The notes: generated by a model from the sequence alone, not told the origin. DNA of 64,000 nucleotides from Candidatus Latescibacterota bacterium (GCA_963667175.2 CAXXXF010000004.1:1-64000), one strand, 5' to 3'. Shown: positions 14,298 through 25,131, numbered from the stretch's first letter. Translations and numbers: made by a program.

Positions 14298-15044
14298 ATG
14301 AGACGAATCCACGAAATCCTCCTCGGAATCCTGATCGGATCGACCGCACACGCGGCCGATCCGCCGGCTCACCTTTATACGCCTTCCCGAGATTCCGTTC
14401 TCATTCTGGAACAATTCGAGTACCCCGAACAACTCGGGCGGTTTCCAAGGAACTGGGAAGGACGGGTGGGCTGGCGCCAGAGGAAAACAAAGAAGAAAGA
14501 GGACCTGTATTACAGGATTCAGTCGGAAAACGGCGATCACTTTCTGCGGGCTGAAACCGTAGGCAAGGCGACAAATACGGGCCGACCCGTAAAAGTAAAC
14601 TTGCGTGTCTGGAAGAAGCTCAGGTGGCGATGGCGGGTGCACAGCCTTCCCGCAGGCGGCAATGAAAACGACAAGAAAACCAATGACAGCGCGGCGGCCG
14701 TACGCCTGGTATTCGGGGGCGGAAGGCGGATCAAGACACTTAAGTACGTCTGGAGCGCGACCCTGCCGGTAGGAACCGAAACGAAGAGTCCGCTTACCGG
14801 TAGCACGAAGGTGATCGTCCTGCGATCCGGAAAGAAAAAGACGGGCAAATGGATCTGGGAAGAGGTCAACGCATACGAAGATTATAGACGCTTGTTCGGC
14901 AGCGACCCGCGACTCGTCGGCGCCGTCGCGTTGATTACGGATTCGGACAATACGAAGACGCACGTGAAAGCGGATTACGACGATATTTCGTTTTTGAAGG
15001 CGCCATCCCGCACGTCGGATGGCGATCCCGATGCGAAACCGTAG
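14298..15044 (+). CDS. DUF3047-like secreted protein
   Basis: LRWRWRV..LP, NDSAAAV, LKYVWS, VLRSG, W..E..N..EDYRRLFG, ITDSDNT pattern; signal peptide from ATG 14298. Confidence 0.8.
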   Translation: MRRIHEILLGILIGSTAHAADPPAHLYTPSRDSVLILEQFEYPEQLGRFPRNWEGRVGWRQRKTKKKEDLYYRIQSENGDHFLRAETVGKATNTGRPVKVNLRVWKKLRWRWRVHSLPAGGNENDKKTNDSAAAVRLVFGGGRRIKTLKYVWSATLPVGTETKSPLTGSTKVIVLRSGKKKTGKWIWEEVNAYEDYRRLFGSDPRLVGAVALITDSDNTKTHVKADYDDISFLKAPSRTSDGDPDAKP

Positions 15045-15242
15045 GCAGATACAGGGGGAAGTAAAATGACAGGAAAATCAGGAACTAGGCGGGAGCGGTT
15101 GCCGAGGTTGATCGTGGGCGGCACCGCGGGTTCCGACAAATTTCCCACGCAAAAACACAGTCGGGAATGGCCGCCTCCCGAAAACGGTGAATTTCCGGAA
15201 CAGTGCTTCGGTGTGGCGGCGAGAGTACTTTTCTTCTTCCGG

Positions 15243-16394
15243 ATGTTGCTGATACGGCCGGCAGTGGTCTGTCTCCTGACCGTCTCGGCAGCATCGGCGC
15301 AGAACGTATCTATTACCGATTACGTTGTGCCCGTGAGCCGTGCGCACAACCTGCGGGTCGACGCGCTCAGCTTCAACTATGTGACGGAGGGTGACGAAAC
15401 CGTTGTTCAGAATGGCAACGTGACCGTGGTATACAAGAAGTTCTACGAGTCGCTTCCGTACGCTTACTCCGTGGACGCAGCCGGCCAGGGTTCGACCAGG
15501 AGGAATATCATCACAAAGGAAAACGAGCGGGACGCCCTGACCCACTTGAAGACGAATCTGAAGAAATACCATCGGAATGAAGGCAGCTTCTTCTATTCCT
15601 GGGGCACGAATTCGGACCTGGATTCCGGATACGATCGACCCAACATCGAGATGACGCTGGGTTTCGGCCACGGACGGTTTATCGACGCCACCGCGCTTCG
15701 GAAAGCCGGAAGAATCGAGGAGTTCTTTCTGGAGGAGGGAATCATCGGCGAGCACTTCTCCAGGGAAACGATGATAGAACTGGCGCACATCATAGACAGG
15801 GAAAGGGAATACAAGGAAAAGCACGGAGACCGGTACGAGAACTACTGGTTCGAAGATATGCTGGCAGAGATCAGGAGGTCCCGCAGGGTTCTGGGAGAAG
15901 AGATCGGATTCGGCCTTGTGCGGATACAGGAAGTGCTGACCCAGGAGCAGATCAGCAAGAGATTCTATGGGTGGGACATTACAACCGGCGTGCAGTTTCA
16001 GGTGCTGAATCCTTACAAAGATACGGAACGGCCGCCGCCCGGTCTCCTGGTCGATTTTCGATATTCCCATCCGATCAGCTGGAGCACGCAGATCAACACC
16101 GATTTCCACTACCATACGCCTTTTTCCGGCGCATTCGGGAGCGACTACAACCTGCGTTGGAATACCGATTTCATCTACGAGGTGACAAACAGGATCCGCT
16201 TCACGACGCTGAAGACAATCCGCGTGCAGAAGCGCGAGGATAGACAAGCCGAGATCACCTCGCATATCGCGTTCGCGCTCAGCTTCTACATCGAAAACAA
16301 ATTCAACATGACACTCTCCGAGTCCTTTCGCGTCGCCAGAGGCGAAAAGTCCAGGCAGAGCTTCAATATGGGGCTGAGTTACCGGATTTTCTAG
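15243..16394 (+). CDS. Putative outer-membrane beta-barrel protein of unknown function
   Basis: Signal peptide MLLIRPAVVCLLTVSAASA-Q, amphipathic strands, C-terminal GLSYRIF; start moved to ATG 15243. Confidence 0.65.
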   Translation: MLLIRPAVVCLLTVSAASAQNVSITDYVVPVSRAHNLRVDALSFNYVTEGDETVVQNGNVTVVYKKFYESLPYAYSVDAAGQGSTRRNIITKENERDALTHLKTNLKKYHRNEGSFFYSWGTNSDLDSGYDRPNIEMTLGFGHGRFIDATALRKAGRIEEFFLEEGIIGEHFSRETMIELAHIIDREREYKEKHGDRYENYWFEDMLAEIRRSRRVLGEEIGFGLVRIQEVLTQEQISKRFYGWDITTGVQFQVLNPYKDTERPPPGLLVDFRYSHPISWSTQINTDFHYHTPFSGAFGSDYNLRWNTDFIYEVTNRIRFTTLKTIRVQKREDRQAEITSHIAFALSFYIENKFNMTLSESFRVARGEKSRQSFNMGLSYRIF

Positions 16395-16550
16395 CGTTCT
16401 GTCCCGGAAATAAGTTGCCTGAATTCGGCCTTCGAGTCGGCCGGCTCGCAAGGCGCCAGAGCGCAGGCGACCGCCGGTCGGCGCCAACTGCTCCGCCTTC
16501 CTCTTGTTATCCCTTCCCGGCGCCCCGGCAATCCCTCGCTGCTGAAACCA

Positions 16551-18815
16551 TTACAGACTTTCGACCGCACTGACCAGCGCATCGATGGTGATGCCGAAGT
16601 GCGCCCAGGTCTCCATATGCCCGTCCGACGGGGCGATGGTCGGATCGGTCAGGCCGACGTGCGCGTGTGGCACGCCGCGTGAAGAAGCCGCGGTGGCCGC
16701 CAGACCCGCAAATCCCCTGAGTCCGGTTTCGGACGTGCCGATTTTTCCGTCTTCGACGGTGACGACGCCGCGGGCGTATTGAGATAACAGCGATTCCAGG
16801 CATCCGTTCGGCAGGGGCAGTCCATTGACGATGTAAACGTCTACGCCCGCGTCACGGCCGTTCAGGACGTCCGCCGCTTCCGCGGCCAGGAATGCCGGCG
16901 CGCCGAATGCCAGGATCGCGCGATCGGCGCCGGCGGCGGTCCGGCAGGTTGTGACGGGCTGCCATTCCTCGTCCGGTTCCCAGAGCGGACCTGAGCCGTC
17001 CTGCTTTTCGAGCACGGGCAGGTTGTCGCGGGGGATGCCGATGACGTGTCCGCCATAGTTGGCGGCCAGGTCGATCACGGCAAGAAAGGCCGACCGCGCA
17101 TCGGCCGGGGCGTAGAACCGGTGCAGGTACGGAAGGTAGCTGAGGCCCACGTTGATCCAATCCAGACCCCAGCCGGAGAAGTGGTCCCGGCCCGTACAGG
17201 CGCCCACGTGAGAGAGATGAAACGTGACGTTCAGGCCCTCGTTCACCCCCGTCAGGTTGCGCTGGTACTGCCACATGTCGAAACCTTCGCGGGCAATGCC
17301 CTCGAAGAAGGCCGCAAAGGTGGACACCACGTTCAGCTGCGGACCCAACGTACTGGTGGCCAGGCCGTTGGCGATCAGGGTGGCGGCCTGTTCCTCGATG
17401 CTGATTTCGAACTGATGATTCCCGGCCAGGTGACCCCGCGCCTTCGCCAGTTTGGTGGAGGCGTCCAGGTCGCAGCTGACCACGAAGACCCGTTCGGGAA
17501 ACGTCTCGGCCACCAGCGCGTACCCGGCTTCCGAACCGTCGCGGGCGCTCTTCATCTCACCCGGGCCGGGTAAGGAAACGCTCGCCGCAGCGCCTTCGGG
17601 CAGCGCCAGGTTCGGGCTTCCCGGGGCCGGCCGGGCCCGGGTGGTGACCGCGCGTGACGGCTGCGACTTCAGGTGCTCCAGCGCTTCCGACTGGCCCGGC
17701 GCGTGCCGGAACATGGGACTGGCGAGCACCTCCGCTTCGTCCCGGTCCTTCATGCCCCCGTCGTGGTGGCCGGCGCCGCCGGGGAGGTCGTTCACCAGGA
17801 AGAGGCATTCCAGCATGGGCGCCACGTCTCTAAAGCTCATCAGCGATCCGGGGACCCAGATCTCGCGGTCCAGGGGCACGTCGTGCCGGCCGGCAAAGGC
17901 TTCCACCGCGTCGAGGATGCCGTGGTGTTCGCCGAAATGCTTCAGATCGATCCGTTTGCCGTTCCGGGACCGGAATCCCACCGGATAAATCATGCTGGGA
18001 CGGCCTTCCTGCGCCAGGACGTAGGCTTCGCGGTACGCCGAGTACAGGCCCTCGGGATCCATAAGTGTGGGGATTTCGAGGATTTCGACGCCCATCGCGC
18101 CGACGATGGACCGGGGATCCTTGTCCAGGATACTCCTGGTGCTGCCGGAAAGCTGGATGCCGTTCCGGTCCATTACAAACGTGATGGGCGCGCCGTGTAC
18201 GTGCGCCGCGTTGAAGCCGTTGAGCGCCTGGCCCGAAATCCAGCCGGCGTCTCCGCAGTGGGCAACCACCCAGCACCCCTCGCCGTAGGCGCCGCGCTTG
18301 CCCAGCGCGTTGCCGACCGCAACGGGTATCATCACCCCCAGTCGTCCGCCGTTCATCTGCGTGCCGCCCGGCAGCCATGAGACGTGGCCCGGGAGATCCA
18401 GGCCGCGGCGAAAGTCGGATACGACGTGTTCGGGATCCACGAAACCCATCACGGATAGCGCGGCGTAATATCCGACGCTGGTGTGAGCGTGTTCGATGGT
18501 GTACTCGATGCGTTCGAAGTCGACCACCGCCAGGGTGAGCAGCAAGGGCGGGATCAGGCCGATGCCGCCGCCCAGATGGTCCGCTTCGCCGATTTCGGAG
18601 AGGGAGGCCAGCGAACGCACGGCCGTGCGGGCGGCCTCGATCTGCAGGGCGGTGAACGCGTCGGCTTGTGTCTTTGTCAACGTAAGGGTATGGCGGACGT
18701 CGATATGCAGTGGCAGGACTTCGGACGTGACGGATTCGGACAGATACCGCGAACCGTCCAGCAGCGCGCGGTTGCGATGTTCCTGCTGCGTTGTCGCGTG
18801 CTGCAATGCGGACAT
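16551..18815 (-). CDS. Divergent single-chain transketolase-like ThDP enzyme
   Basis: DHLGG, LPGH, GDAG...DRNGIQL ThDP-like motif, DLDAST, ISIEEQ, STFAAF, C-terminal VVTVEDG. Confidence 0.8.
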   Translation of the reverse strand: MSALQHATTQQEHRNRALLDGSRYLSESVTSEVLPLHIDVRHTLTLTKTQADAFTALQIEAARTAVRSLASLSEIGEADHLGGGIGLIPPLLLTLAVVDFERIEYTIEHAHTSVGYYAALSVMGFVDPEHVVSDFRRGLDLPGHVSWLPGGTQMNGGRLGVMIPVAVGNALGKRGAYGEGCWVVAHCGDAGWISGQALNGFNAAHVHGAPITFVMDRNGIQLSGSTRSILDKDPRSIVGAMGVEILEIPTLMDPEGLYSAYREAYVLAQEGRPSMIYPVGFRSRNGKRIDLKHFGEHHGILDAVEAFAGRHDVPLDREIWVPGSLMSFRDVAPMLECLFLVNDLPGGAGHHDGGMKDRDEAEVLASPMFRHAPGQSEALEHLKSQPSRAVTTRARPAPGSPNLALPEGAAASVSLPGPGEMKSARDGSEAGYALVAETFPERVFVVSCDLDASTKLAKARGHLAGNHQFEISIEEQAATLIANGLATSTLGPQLNVVSTFAAFFEGIAREGFDMWQYQRNLTGVNEGLNVTFHLSHVGACTGRDHFSGWGLDWINVGLSYLPYLHRFYAPADARSAFLAVIDLAANYGGHVIGIPRDNLPVLEKQDGSGPLWEPDEEWQPVTTCRTAAGADRAILAFGAPAFLAAEAADVLNGRDAGVDVYIVNGLPLPNGCLESLLSQYARGVVTVEDGKIGTSETGLRGFAGLAATAASSRGVPHAHVGLTDPTIAPSDGHMETWAHFGITIDALVSAVESL

Positions 18816-19078
18816 AGACAGGCTCCTCTGCGAGGGAGGCAGGTTCGATTGATACCGGGGGACGGCGCAAAACGAGGGAGGGATTGGGGAGCGAAGACGG
18901 CGAACTAAAAATACAGTGGTTTCGGAAAAAAACCAGCTAAAAATCCTTCAGACTGTCGTCGCGGGCTTCCGCCTTCCGGCGGGAAAACTTGGCTTGGAAG
19001 TTCGGCGGTCCTTTGGTATTTTGTACTCGAATTTGAGCGTTTTCAGGTTGCACGGACGATCGCGGAAAGGAGCGGAAG

Positions 19079-19849
19079 ATGGCCGGCACGGTTTTGGCGG
19101 CGCAGATGTACACGGTGCGCGAATTCACACAGACACCCGCGGACGTCGCGGCCAGTCTGAAAAAGGTGAAGGCGCTGGGATACGATGCCATGCAGGTATC
19201 GGCATTCGGAGAACTCAGCCCGCAGGAACTCAAGGACCTGGCGGACGGTGAAGGCCTCGAAATCTGCGCCACCCACACCAGCTACGAACGCATGCGGGAT
19301 GAAACCCAGGCCGTGATCGACGAGCACCTGTTGTGGGGGTGCAGGTATCCGGCAATCGGCGGGCTTCCCCAGAGTTATCGCGAAGATGGAGGCGACGGTT
19401 ACAGGCGGTTCGCCCGCGAGGCATCCGAAGTCGCGCGAAAACTCGCGGCGGCAGGGCTCACCTTCGGGTATCACAACCACAGTTTCGAACTGGAGCGTTT
19501 CGGAGATCGCACGGGCCTGCAGATCCTGTTTGAAGAGAGCGACCCCGATGTCTTTCAGCTCGAGATCGACACCTACTGGATCCAGCATGGAGGCGGCGAC
19601 CCCGCCGAGTGGATTCGCAAGGCCGCGGGCCGCGCGGACCTGGTTCACGTGAAAGATATGGCCATGCGCGGCCGGGAACAGCTCTACGCCGAGGTGGGCG
19701 AGGGCAACCTGAACTGGCCGGCCATCCTGGATGCCTGCGAGGCGGCGGGCGCCCGGTGGTACATCGTGGAGCAGGACACGTGCCAGCGGGACCCGTTCGA
19801 GAGCCTGGGTATCAGCCTGCGGAATCTGCAGGGAATGGGGCTGGAATAA
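19079..19849 (+). CDS. Sugar phosphate isomerase/epimerase (xylose-isomerase-like TIM barrel)
   Basis: QMYTVRE, YHNHSFE, EIDTYW, HVKD, YIVEQD. Confidence 0.9.
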   Translation: MAGTVLAAQMYTVREFTQTPADVAASLKKVKALGYDAMQVSAFGELSPQELKDLADGEGLEICATHTSYERMRDETQAVIDEHLLWGCRYPAIGGLPQSYREDGGDGYRRFAREASEVARKLAAAGLTFGYHNHSFELERFGDRTGLQILFEESDPDVFQLEIDTYWIQHGGGDPAEWIRKAAGRADLVHVKDMAMRGREQLYAEVGEGNLNWPAILDACEAAGARWYIVEQDTCQRDPFESLGISLRNLQGMGLE

Positions 19850-19879
19850 ATCGTCTGTGAACCCGTGGCGAGGATTCGT

Positions 19880-21868
19880 ATGTCCGTTGCAGGCAATCCG
19901 TCCTTTGGCGCCATCCTGCAGTCCGACGACAGATCGATCTACGATGTCCGCACGCGTGCGCCCGGGCCCGAGGGCCGGCTGATTTCCCTCACCGAAGAGC
20001 GCGTGATCGAATCGCCCAGCGGGGACATCTTCGGGTACAGCCAGAACGCCGGCATGGGCTGGAATCCGGCGGAGCTGGGCCGGCCGGAGGTCCTGATCCT
20101 CAGCACGATGGGGGGCATCCGCGAGCCGGACGGCCGCCCCGTCGCGCTGGGATATCATACGGGACACTGGGAGGTGGGGCTGTTGGTGCGGGAGGCCGCC
20201 CTGGAAATCCATCGCCTGGGCGGCATTCCCTTTGCGGGGTATTGCTCGGACCCCTGCGACGGACGGACCCAGGGCACGACCGGCATGATGGACAGTCTCG
20301 CGTATCGCAACGACGCGGCGACGGTGCTCCGGCGCCTGGTCCGCTCCCTTCCCACCCGCAAAGGGGTGATTGGCGTTGCAACCTGCGACAAGGGATTGCC
20401 CGCGATGATGATCGCCCTGGCGGCGATGCGCTCGCTGCCCACGGCGATCGTTCCGGGGGGCGTGACGCTGCCGCCGGAAGACGGGGAAGACGCCGGCAAG
20501 ATTCAGTCGGTGGGCGTCAGGCTGGCGCACGGAGAGATGACGCTTTCCGAGGTGCAGGACCTGGGCTGCCGGGCGTGCGCGTCTCCGGGCGGCGGCTGCC
20601 AGTTTCTGGGCACGGCGGCCACTTCGCAGGTGGTGGCCGAAGCGCTGGGTCTCGCGTTGACCCATTCGGCCCTGGCGCCGTCGGGAGAGGCGGTCTGGCT
20701 GGACATGGCGCTCCGGTCCGCCCGCGCGGTGTTCGCGATGCAGGGCTCGGGACTCACGACGGCCGACGTGGTTACGGATGCCGCGGTCCGCAATGCGATG
20801 GTCACGCACGCCGCGTTCGGCGGATCGACCAACCTGCTCTTGCACATTCCCGCGGTGGCCTACGCGGCCGGGCTCTCCCGGCCCACCGTGGCCGACTGGA
20901 GCCACGTGAACCGCCAGGTTCCCCGCCTGGTGGACGTGCTGCCCAACGGTCCGGAGTTCCATCCGACCATCCGGGCGTTTCTGGCCGGCGGCGTCCCGGA
21001 AGTGATGCTGCACCTGCGGCGACTCGGGTTGCTGGAAACGGGCGCACGTACGATTACCGGTAGGACGCTGGGTGAGAATCTGGACTGGTGGGAGGGGTCC
21101 GAGCGAAGGTCCGCGCTCAGGGCGGCGTTGCGCGATCAGGACGGAGTCGACCCCGACAATGTGATTATGGATACCGGCCGCGCGCGGGTCCGAGGGTTGA
21201 CCAGCACCGTCTGTTTCCCCACGGGGAATATCGCGCCGGAAGGGTCCGTGGTCAAGAGCACGGCAATCGACCCGTCGGTCGTCGACGCGGACGGCGTGTA
21301 CCGGATGACCGGTCCGGTCAAGGTGTTCACCACCGAACGCGCCGCCGCCGCCGCGCTGAAGGATTCCGGTCCGAAAGGCGTAAAACCTGGAGACGTGATG
21401 GTGTTGATCGGGCGCGGCCCCATGGGCGCGGGGATGGAGGAGATTGCGCAGATCACCACCGCGCTCAAGTACCTGGACTTCGGGAAACACGTCGCGGTGC
21501 TGACGGACGCGCGCTTTTCTGGATTTTCCACCGGGGCCTGTATCGGCCATATCGGCCCGGAAGCGCTGGCTGGCGGTCCGATCGGCAAGTTGGAGGATGG
21601 CGACGTCGTGGAAATCGCCATCGACCGGAAGGATCTCTCGGGCAGCATCGACTTCGTCGGTGTGGGCAAGACCCGGTTCGGACCTGAGGAGGGGGGTCGC
21701 ATTCTGGCGGACCGCGCCACACGGGCCGACCTGTCGCCCGACGCGGACCTGCCGGACGATACCCGGCTGTGGGCGGCCCTGCAGAACGTTGGCGGCGGCA
21801 CCTGGGGAGGGTGCGTGTACGACGTCGATGCGATCATGAACCGGTTGAACGGCGGTACCCCCTCGTGA
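19880..21868 (+). CDS. YjhG/YagF-family sugar-acid (D-xylonate-type) dehydratase, IlvD/Edd superfamily
   Basis: [53 protein letters not shown]; start could also be GTG 19865. Confidence 0.9.
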   Translation: MSVAGNPSFGAILQSDDRSIYDVRTRAPGPEGRLISLTEERVIESPSGDIFGYSQNAGMGWNPAELGRPEVLILSTMGGIREPDGRPVALGYHTGHWEVGLLVREAALEIHRLGGIPFAGYCSDPCDGRTQGTTGMMDSLAYRNDAATVLRRLVRSLPTRKGVIGVATCDKGLPAMMIALAAMRSLPTAIVPGGVTLPPEDGEDAGKIQSVGVRLAHGEMTLSEVQDLGCRACASPGGGCQFLGTAATSQVVAEALGLALTHSALAPSGEAVWLDMALRSARAVFAMQGSGLTTADVVTDAAVRNAMVTHAAFGGSTNLLLHIPAVAYAAGLSRPTVADWSHVNRQVPRLVDVLPNGPEFHPTIRAFLAGGVPEVMLHLRRLGLLETGARTITGRTLGENLDWWEGSERRSALRAALRDQDGVDPDNVIMDTGRARVRGLTSTVCFPTGNIAPEGSVVKSTAIDPSVVDADGVYRMTGPVKVFTTERAAAAALKDSGPKGVKPGDVMVLIGRGPMGAGMEEIAQITTALKYLDFGKHVAVLTDARFSGFSTGACIGHIGPEALAGGPIGKLEDGDVVEIAIDRKDLSGSIDFVGVGKTRFGPEEGGRILADRATRADLSPDADLPDDTRLWAALQNVGGGTWGGCVYDVDAIMNRLNGGTPS

Positions 21869-22644
21869 ATCAAGTCGACCGATCAGCGACCGAATCCTGG
21901 CTTCCGCCGCCCGAACGTCCGGTGGCGTTGGACGACGAGGTTCAGGTCTGGCGGATATTCCTGGACCTGCCGGCTTCCGAAATCGATGAAATGAAGGGTG
22001 TGCTTTCCAACGAAGAGAAGGCACGCGCCGCCCGGTTTGCTTTCGAGAAGCACCGGGCGCGTTTTATTTCGGGACGGGCGTCCCTCAGGCGGATTCTGGC
22101 CAGGTATCTGGGGCGGGCGCCCCAACGCCTGGAATTCGGCTACGGGCATCGGGGAAAGCCATATCTGAAGGACGATCCTCCGGGAAACCCGCTTCGCTTC
22201 AACCTGTCTCATTCGAGCGAACTCGCGCTGCTGGCGGTGGTGGGATCGCGGGATATCGGTGTGGACGTGGAGCGGGTGCGGGCGGTCCAGTACCACCTGA
22301 AGATCGCGGGACGTTTCTTTTCTCCAGGGGAGGTCGCCACGATTCGGGCCCTTCCCCCGGAGGTCCAATACGAGGCGTTTTTCAATTGCTGGACGCGCAA
22401 AGAGGCCTATATCAAGGCATTGGGCGACGGCCTCGCCTACCCGTTGGACGCATTCGAAGTTTCGCTCGCGCCCGGAACTCCCGCGGCTTTGCTGCGCGTG
22501 AACGATGACCCGAACGCGTCGACGGAGTGGTTTATGAAAGCGCTGGACCCCGGCCACGGGTACGTGGGCGCCGTGGCGTTGAAGGGAACGGGGTATCGGG
22601 TGACCCGCTGGGAGTGGGGGGAAACCGAACGCCGGGTGGATTGA
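21865..22644 (+). CDS. Sfp-type 4'-phosphopantetheinyl transferase
   Basis: [29 protein letters not shown]; GTG start overlaps the upstream TGA. Confidence 0.92.
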   Translation: MNQVDRSATESWLPPPERPVALDDEVQVWRIFLDLPASEIDEMKGVLSNEEKARAARFAFEKHRARFISGRASLRRILARYLGRAPQRLEFGYGHRGKPYLKDDPPGNPLRFNLSHSSELALLAVVGSRDIGVDVERVRAVQYHLKIAGRFFSPGEVATIRALPPEVQYEAFFNCWTRKEAYIKALGDGLAYPLDAFEVSLAPGTPAALLRVNDDPNASTEWFMKALDPGHGYVGAVALKGTGYRVTRWEWGETERRVD

Positions 22645-22683
22645 TCTCGACGTCACGCGCACGGATTTGTCATTGCGACCAGA

Positions 22684-23673
22684 TCATGCTCCGGGAGCAA
22701 CTCCGGATTGCTCCCGGATTTCTCTGTACGCTTCGGTGGCCGACTGGGGTTTTCCGTAGTCCGCGGCCCATTCGCGATCTTCGGCGGGCTTTTTACCGAT
22801 GGCGCGCGCCATCTGGCGGAGGTGCGACCCCTCGCATCCGCAGCAGCCGCCGATATAGTTCACGCCCAGGCCCAGAGCTGTTTTGGCAAAGTCGCCCATT
22901 TCATAGCGGCTGATCTTGTAGTCGTCGAGCCTGTCCGGGAAGCCGGGCTGCCCCGTGAAGAACGGCACCTCCGGCGTGCATCGATAGGCGACCGGCTGGG
23001 CGGCCACGTGGCACGTTACCGCGTCTCGCATCTGCTCGATGGCTGGGAGCATGTAGGTGGGGTCCTGCCAGCAATTTGCGCCCACCACGTCGGCGCCCGC
23101 GCCTTCCAGCATCCTCGCGGCCTCGCCGGGGGACTTTCCGTCACGGGTTTGGGGCCCTTCGAACGCCAGCGTGATCATGGCCGGAAGGCCCGTCTTTTGT
23201 ACGCGTTCGAGGGCGATGAGGGCTTCGCCCGCGTGGAGAAACGTCTCGCCGATGATGAAGTCGACGCCTTCGGCCATCTGGTAACCGATCTGGGCATCGA
23301 ACAGGCGCCGGCATTCGTCCTCCGATTCGGGGTACTTCCACGTGAGGCAGATATTCCCGGCGACCAGCGCCCGGTCGCCGGCGGCCTCGCGTGCGACTCT
23401 CACTGCCGCGCGGTTGATCTCTTCCAGTCTGCCCGCGTAGCCGATCTGCGCCAGCTTGTTCTCGCTGGCGTAGAACGTGAGCACCTGCAGGACTTCCGCC
23501 CCGGCGTGCACGAATTCCTCGTGCAACGCAAGAAGCGCGTTCGGATTCTCAATGGTTACTTCCGGTGTAAACGGACCGGCCTGGACGTAGCCCCGGTTCT
23601 CCAGGGCGAGCAGGTACCCCCCGTCGCCCAACACCACGCCGCCTTCCAGTTGTTTCAGTATCGATTCGGGCAT
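22684..23673 (-). CDS. Homocysteine S-methyltransferase family protein (BHMT-like)
   Basis: GDGGY..ALE.RGY, GANC and IGGCCG zinc ligands. Confidence 0.9.
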   Translation of the reverse strand: MPESILKQLEGGVVLGDGGYLLALENRGYVQAGPFTPEVTIENPNALLALHEEFVHAGAEVLQVLTFYASENKLAQIGYAGRLEEINRAAVRVAREAAGDRALVAGNICLTWKYPESEDECRRLFDAQIGYQMAEGVDFIIGETFLHAGEALIALERVQKTGLPAMITLAFEGPQTRDGKSPGEAARMLEGAGADVVGANCWQDPTYMLPAIEQMRDAVTCHVAAQPVAYRCTPEVPFFTGQPGFPDRLDDYKISRYEMGDFAKTALGLGVNYIGGCCGCEGSHLRQMARAIGKKPAEDREWAADYGKPQSATEAYREIREQSGVAPGA

Positions 23674-23713
23674 TGGAATTCCCCCGTATCCTTAAAGTGA
23701 ACGTGATTTGTGC

Positions 23714-23870
23714 GGGCGCCCACAAGGTGCGCCTATGCAAATGCAATTTTGCCTCAGATATTGTTGAGCATTGTAACGGATTTTACAATTGCAATGCAAC
23801 GAAATTCGACGCGCGTATCTCAGAGCCCGTTTCCACGTCCTGCACAAGGGCAACCTTTGTGGTTGCCCTT
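23714..23870. repeat. Inverted pair of GTAG-type REP palindromes (REPIN-like) at the left island border
   Basis: gggcgcccacaaggtgcgcctatgc (23714-23738) and aagggcaacctttgtggttgccctt (23846-23870); same family as 39229-39330 and 51153-51177. Confidence 0.7.
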
Positions 23871-23892
23871 GTTGTTCGCACAACGAGGGTAT

Positions 23893-25101
23893 TCATTCAT
23901 GTATCCAGTGCTCTACCGGTTTCGAGAGGAACTCATCGAGGGCAATGCCGTCGCCCCCGACGAGCAAGCTGCGGGTCGGGCGAAAGGCCTCGGCGAAGGC
24001 GGCCATTCCGGCCGGGTTCCGGCCGGTTCGCTCGCTCTTGACTTCAATGGCCGTGACCGTCCGTCCGGAGCGCACGACGAAATCCACCTCGTTGTGGCGG
24101 TCGCGCCAGTAGAAGACCTCGCACGCGCCGCCGGCAGCGGCATTCACCAGGTGAGCGCCTACCGCCGACTCGACCAGCCGTCCCCAGAATTCGTGATCGG
24201 CGCGCGCCTGGGCGAAGTTGAGGCCTGATCCCGCTGTCATCAGGGCCGTATTGAAGACCTGCAACTTGGGGCTGGAACTCCGGCGCCGGACGGCCGCTCC
24301 GGCGTATTTCTGTATTCCCCGGAGCATTCCTGAGGCCGACAGCAGATCGAGATAGTGGGCCAGCGTCGTCGTGTTTCCGGCGTCATGGAGTTGGCCCAGC
24401 ATCTTCGAATAGGATAGGATCTGGCCGGAATAGGCGCAGCCCAATTCGAACAGCCGACGCAGCAGGGCCGGTTTGTCCACGCGTGAAAGCAGCAGGACGT
24501 CACGCGAAATGGTCGTTTCGATGAGTGAGTCCCTGATGTACCGGGACCATCGGCCCGGCTGCTTCGCAAGCGGCGCGGCCCCCGGATAGGCGCCGTAGAA
24601 CAGAAACTGCTCCAGAGACCAGCCGAACGCGGTTCGCATCTCCAAAAAGCTCCAGTGCGGAACGTGCAGAAGCTCGAAACGCCCGGCAAGGCTCTCCGTA
24701 AGGCCTCGTCCGATCAGGAGTTGCGCCGAACCTGACAGAACTACCTTGAGCCGTCGCTGGCTCAGCGTATCCTCGTCCCACATCCGCTTGACCGTTTCCG
24801 ACCAGTTCGGTGCTTTCTGGATTTCGTCCAGGATGAGAAGCGCGCCATCGTCCCCCGCATCGCCCGCGAGAATCCGCGCCGCGTCCCACTGTTGCGCAAT
24901 CCATTCCGGCCCGCGTAACGTGGGTTCGTCGGCGCTGGCATAGCGAAACGGTAGCCCGGACCTCTCCGCGACCTGTGTGATCAGGGTCGTCTTGCCCACC
25001 TGCCTCGCTCCGGCAACGACCTGAATAAAACGCCGCGGCTCACGCAAACGGCGCAGCAGATCCTCCGCTTGCGGACGCGTATATGACAATTTACTCAACA
25101 T
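23893..25101 (-). CDS. AAA_14-type ATPase with DUF4143 and a C-terminal PD-(D/E)XK-like motif
   Basis: GARQVGKT Walker A, LILDEIQ Walker B, ESLAGR, YWR...EVDFV...AIEVKS. Confidence 0.9.
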   Translation of the reverse strand: MLSKLSYTRPQAEDLLRRLREPRRFIQVVAGARQVGKTTLITQVAERSGLPFRYASADEPTLRGPEWIAQQWDAARILAGDAGDDGALLILDEIQKAPNWSETVKRMWDEDTLSQRRLKVVLSGSAQLLIGRGLTESLAGRFELLHVPHWSFLEMRTAFGWSLEQFLFYGAYPGAAPLAKQPGRWSRYIRDSLIETTISRDVLLLSRVDKPALLRRLFELGCAYSGQILSYSKMLGQLHDAGNTTTLAHYLDLLSASGMLRGIQKYAGAAVRRRSSSPKLQVFNTALMTAGSGLNFAQARADHEFWGRLVESAVGAHLVNAAAGGACEVFYWRDRHNEVDFVVRSGRTVTAIEVKSERTGRNPAGMAAFAEAFRPTRSLLVGGDGIALDEFLSKPVEHWIHE

Positions 25102-25131
25102 AATGAGTAATTATACTCAATACATTGAGTA
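25091..25131. promoter_or_regulatory. Two tandem palindromic operator-like sites over the ATPase start codon
   Basis: TTACTCA-N6-TGAGTAA (25091-25110) and TACTCAAT-N2-ATTGAGTA (25114-25131), centres 22 bp apart. Confidence 0.7.

Noticed and set aside
19043-22024. Long antisense ORFs (e.g. 993 aa at 19043-22024, 739 aa at 9666-11885, 471 aa at 40508-41923)
   Set aside because: Shadow frames of well-supported high-GC genes, with no family motifs.
23674-23892. tRNA or att-site target at the island borders
   Set aside because: No tRNA-like sequence or exact direct repeat at either border; only REP palindromes.
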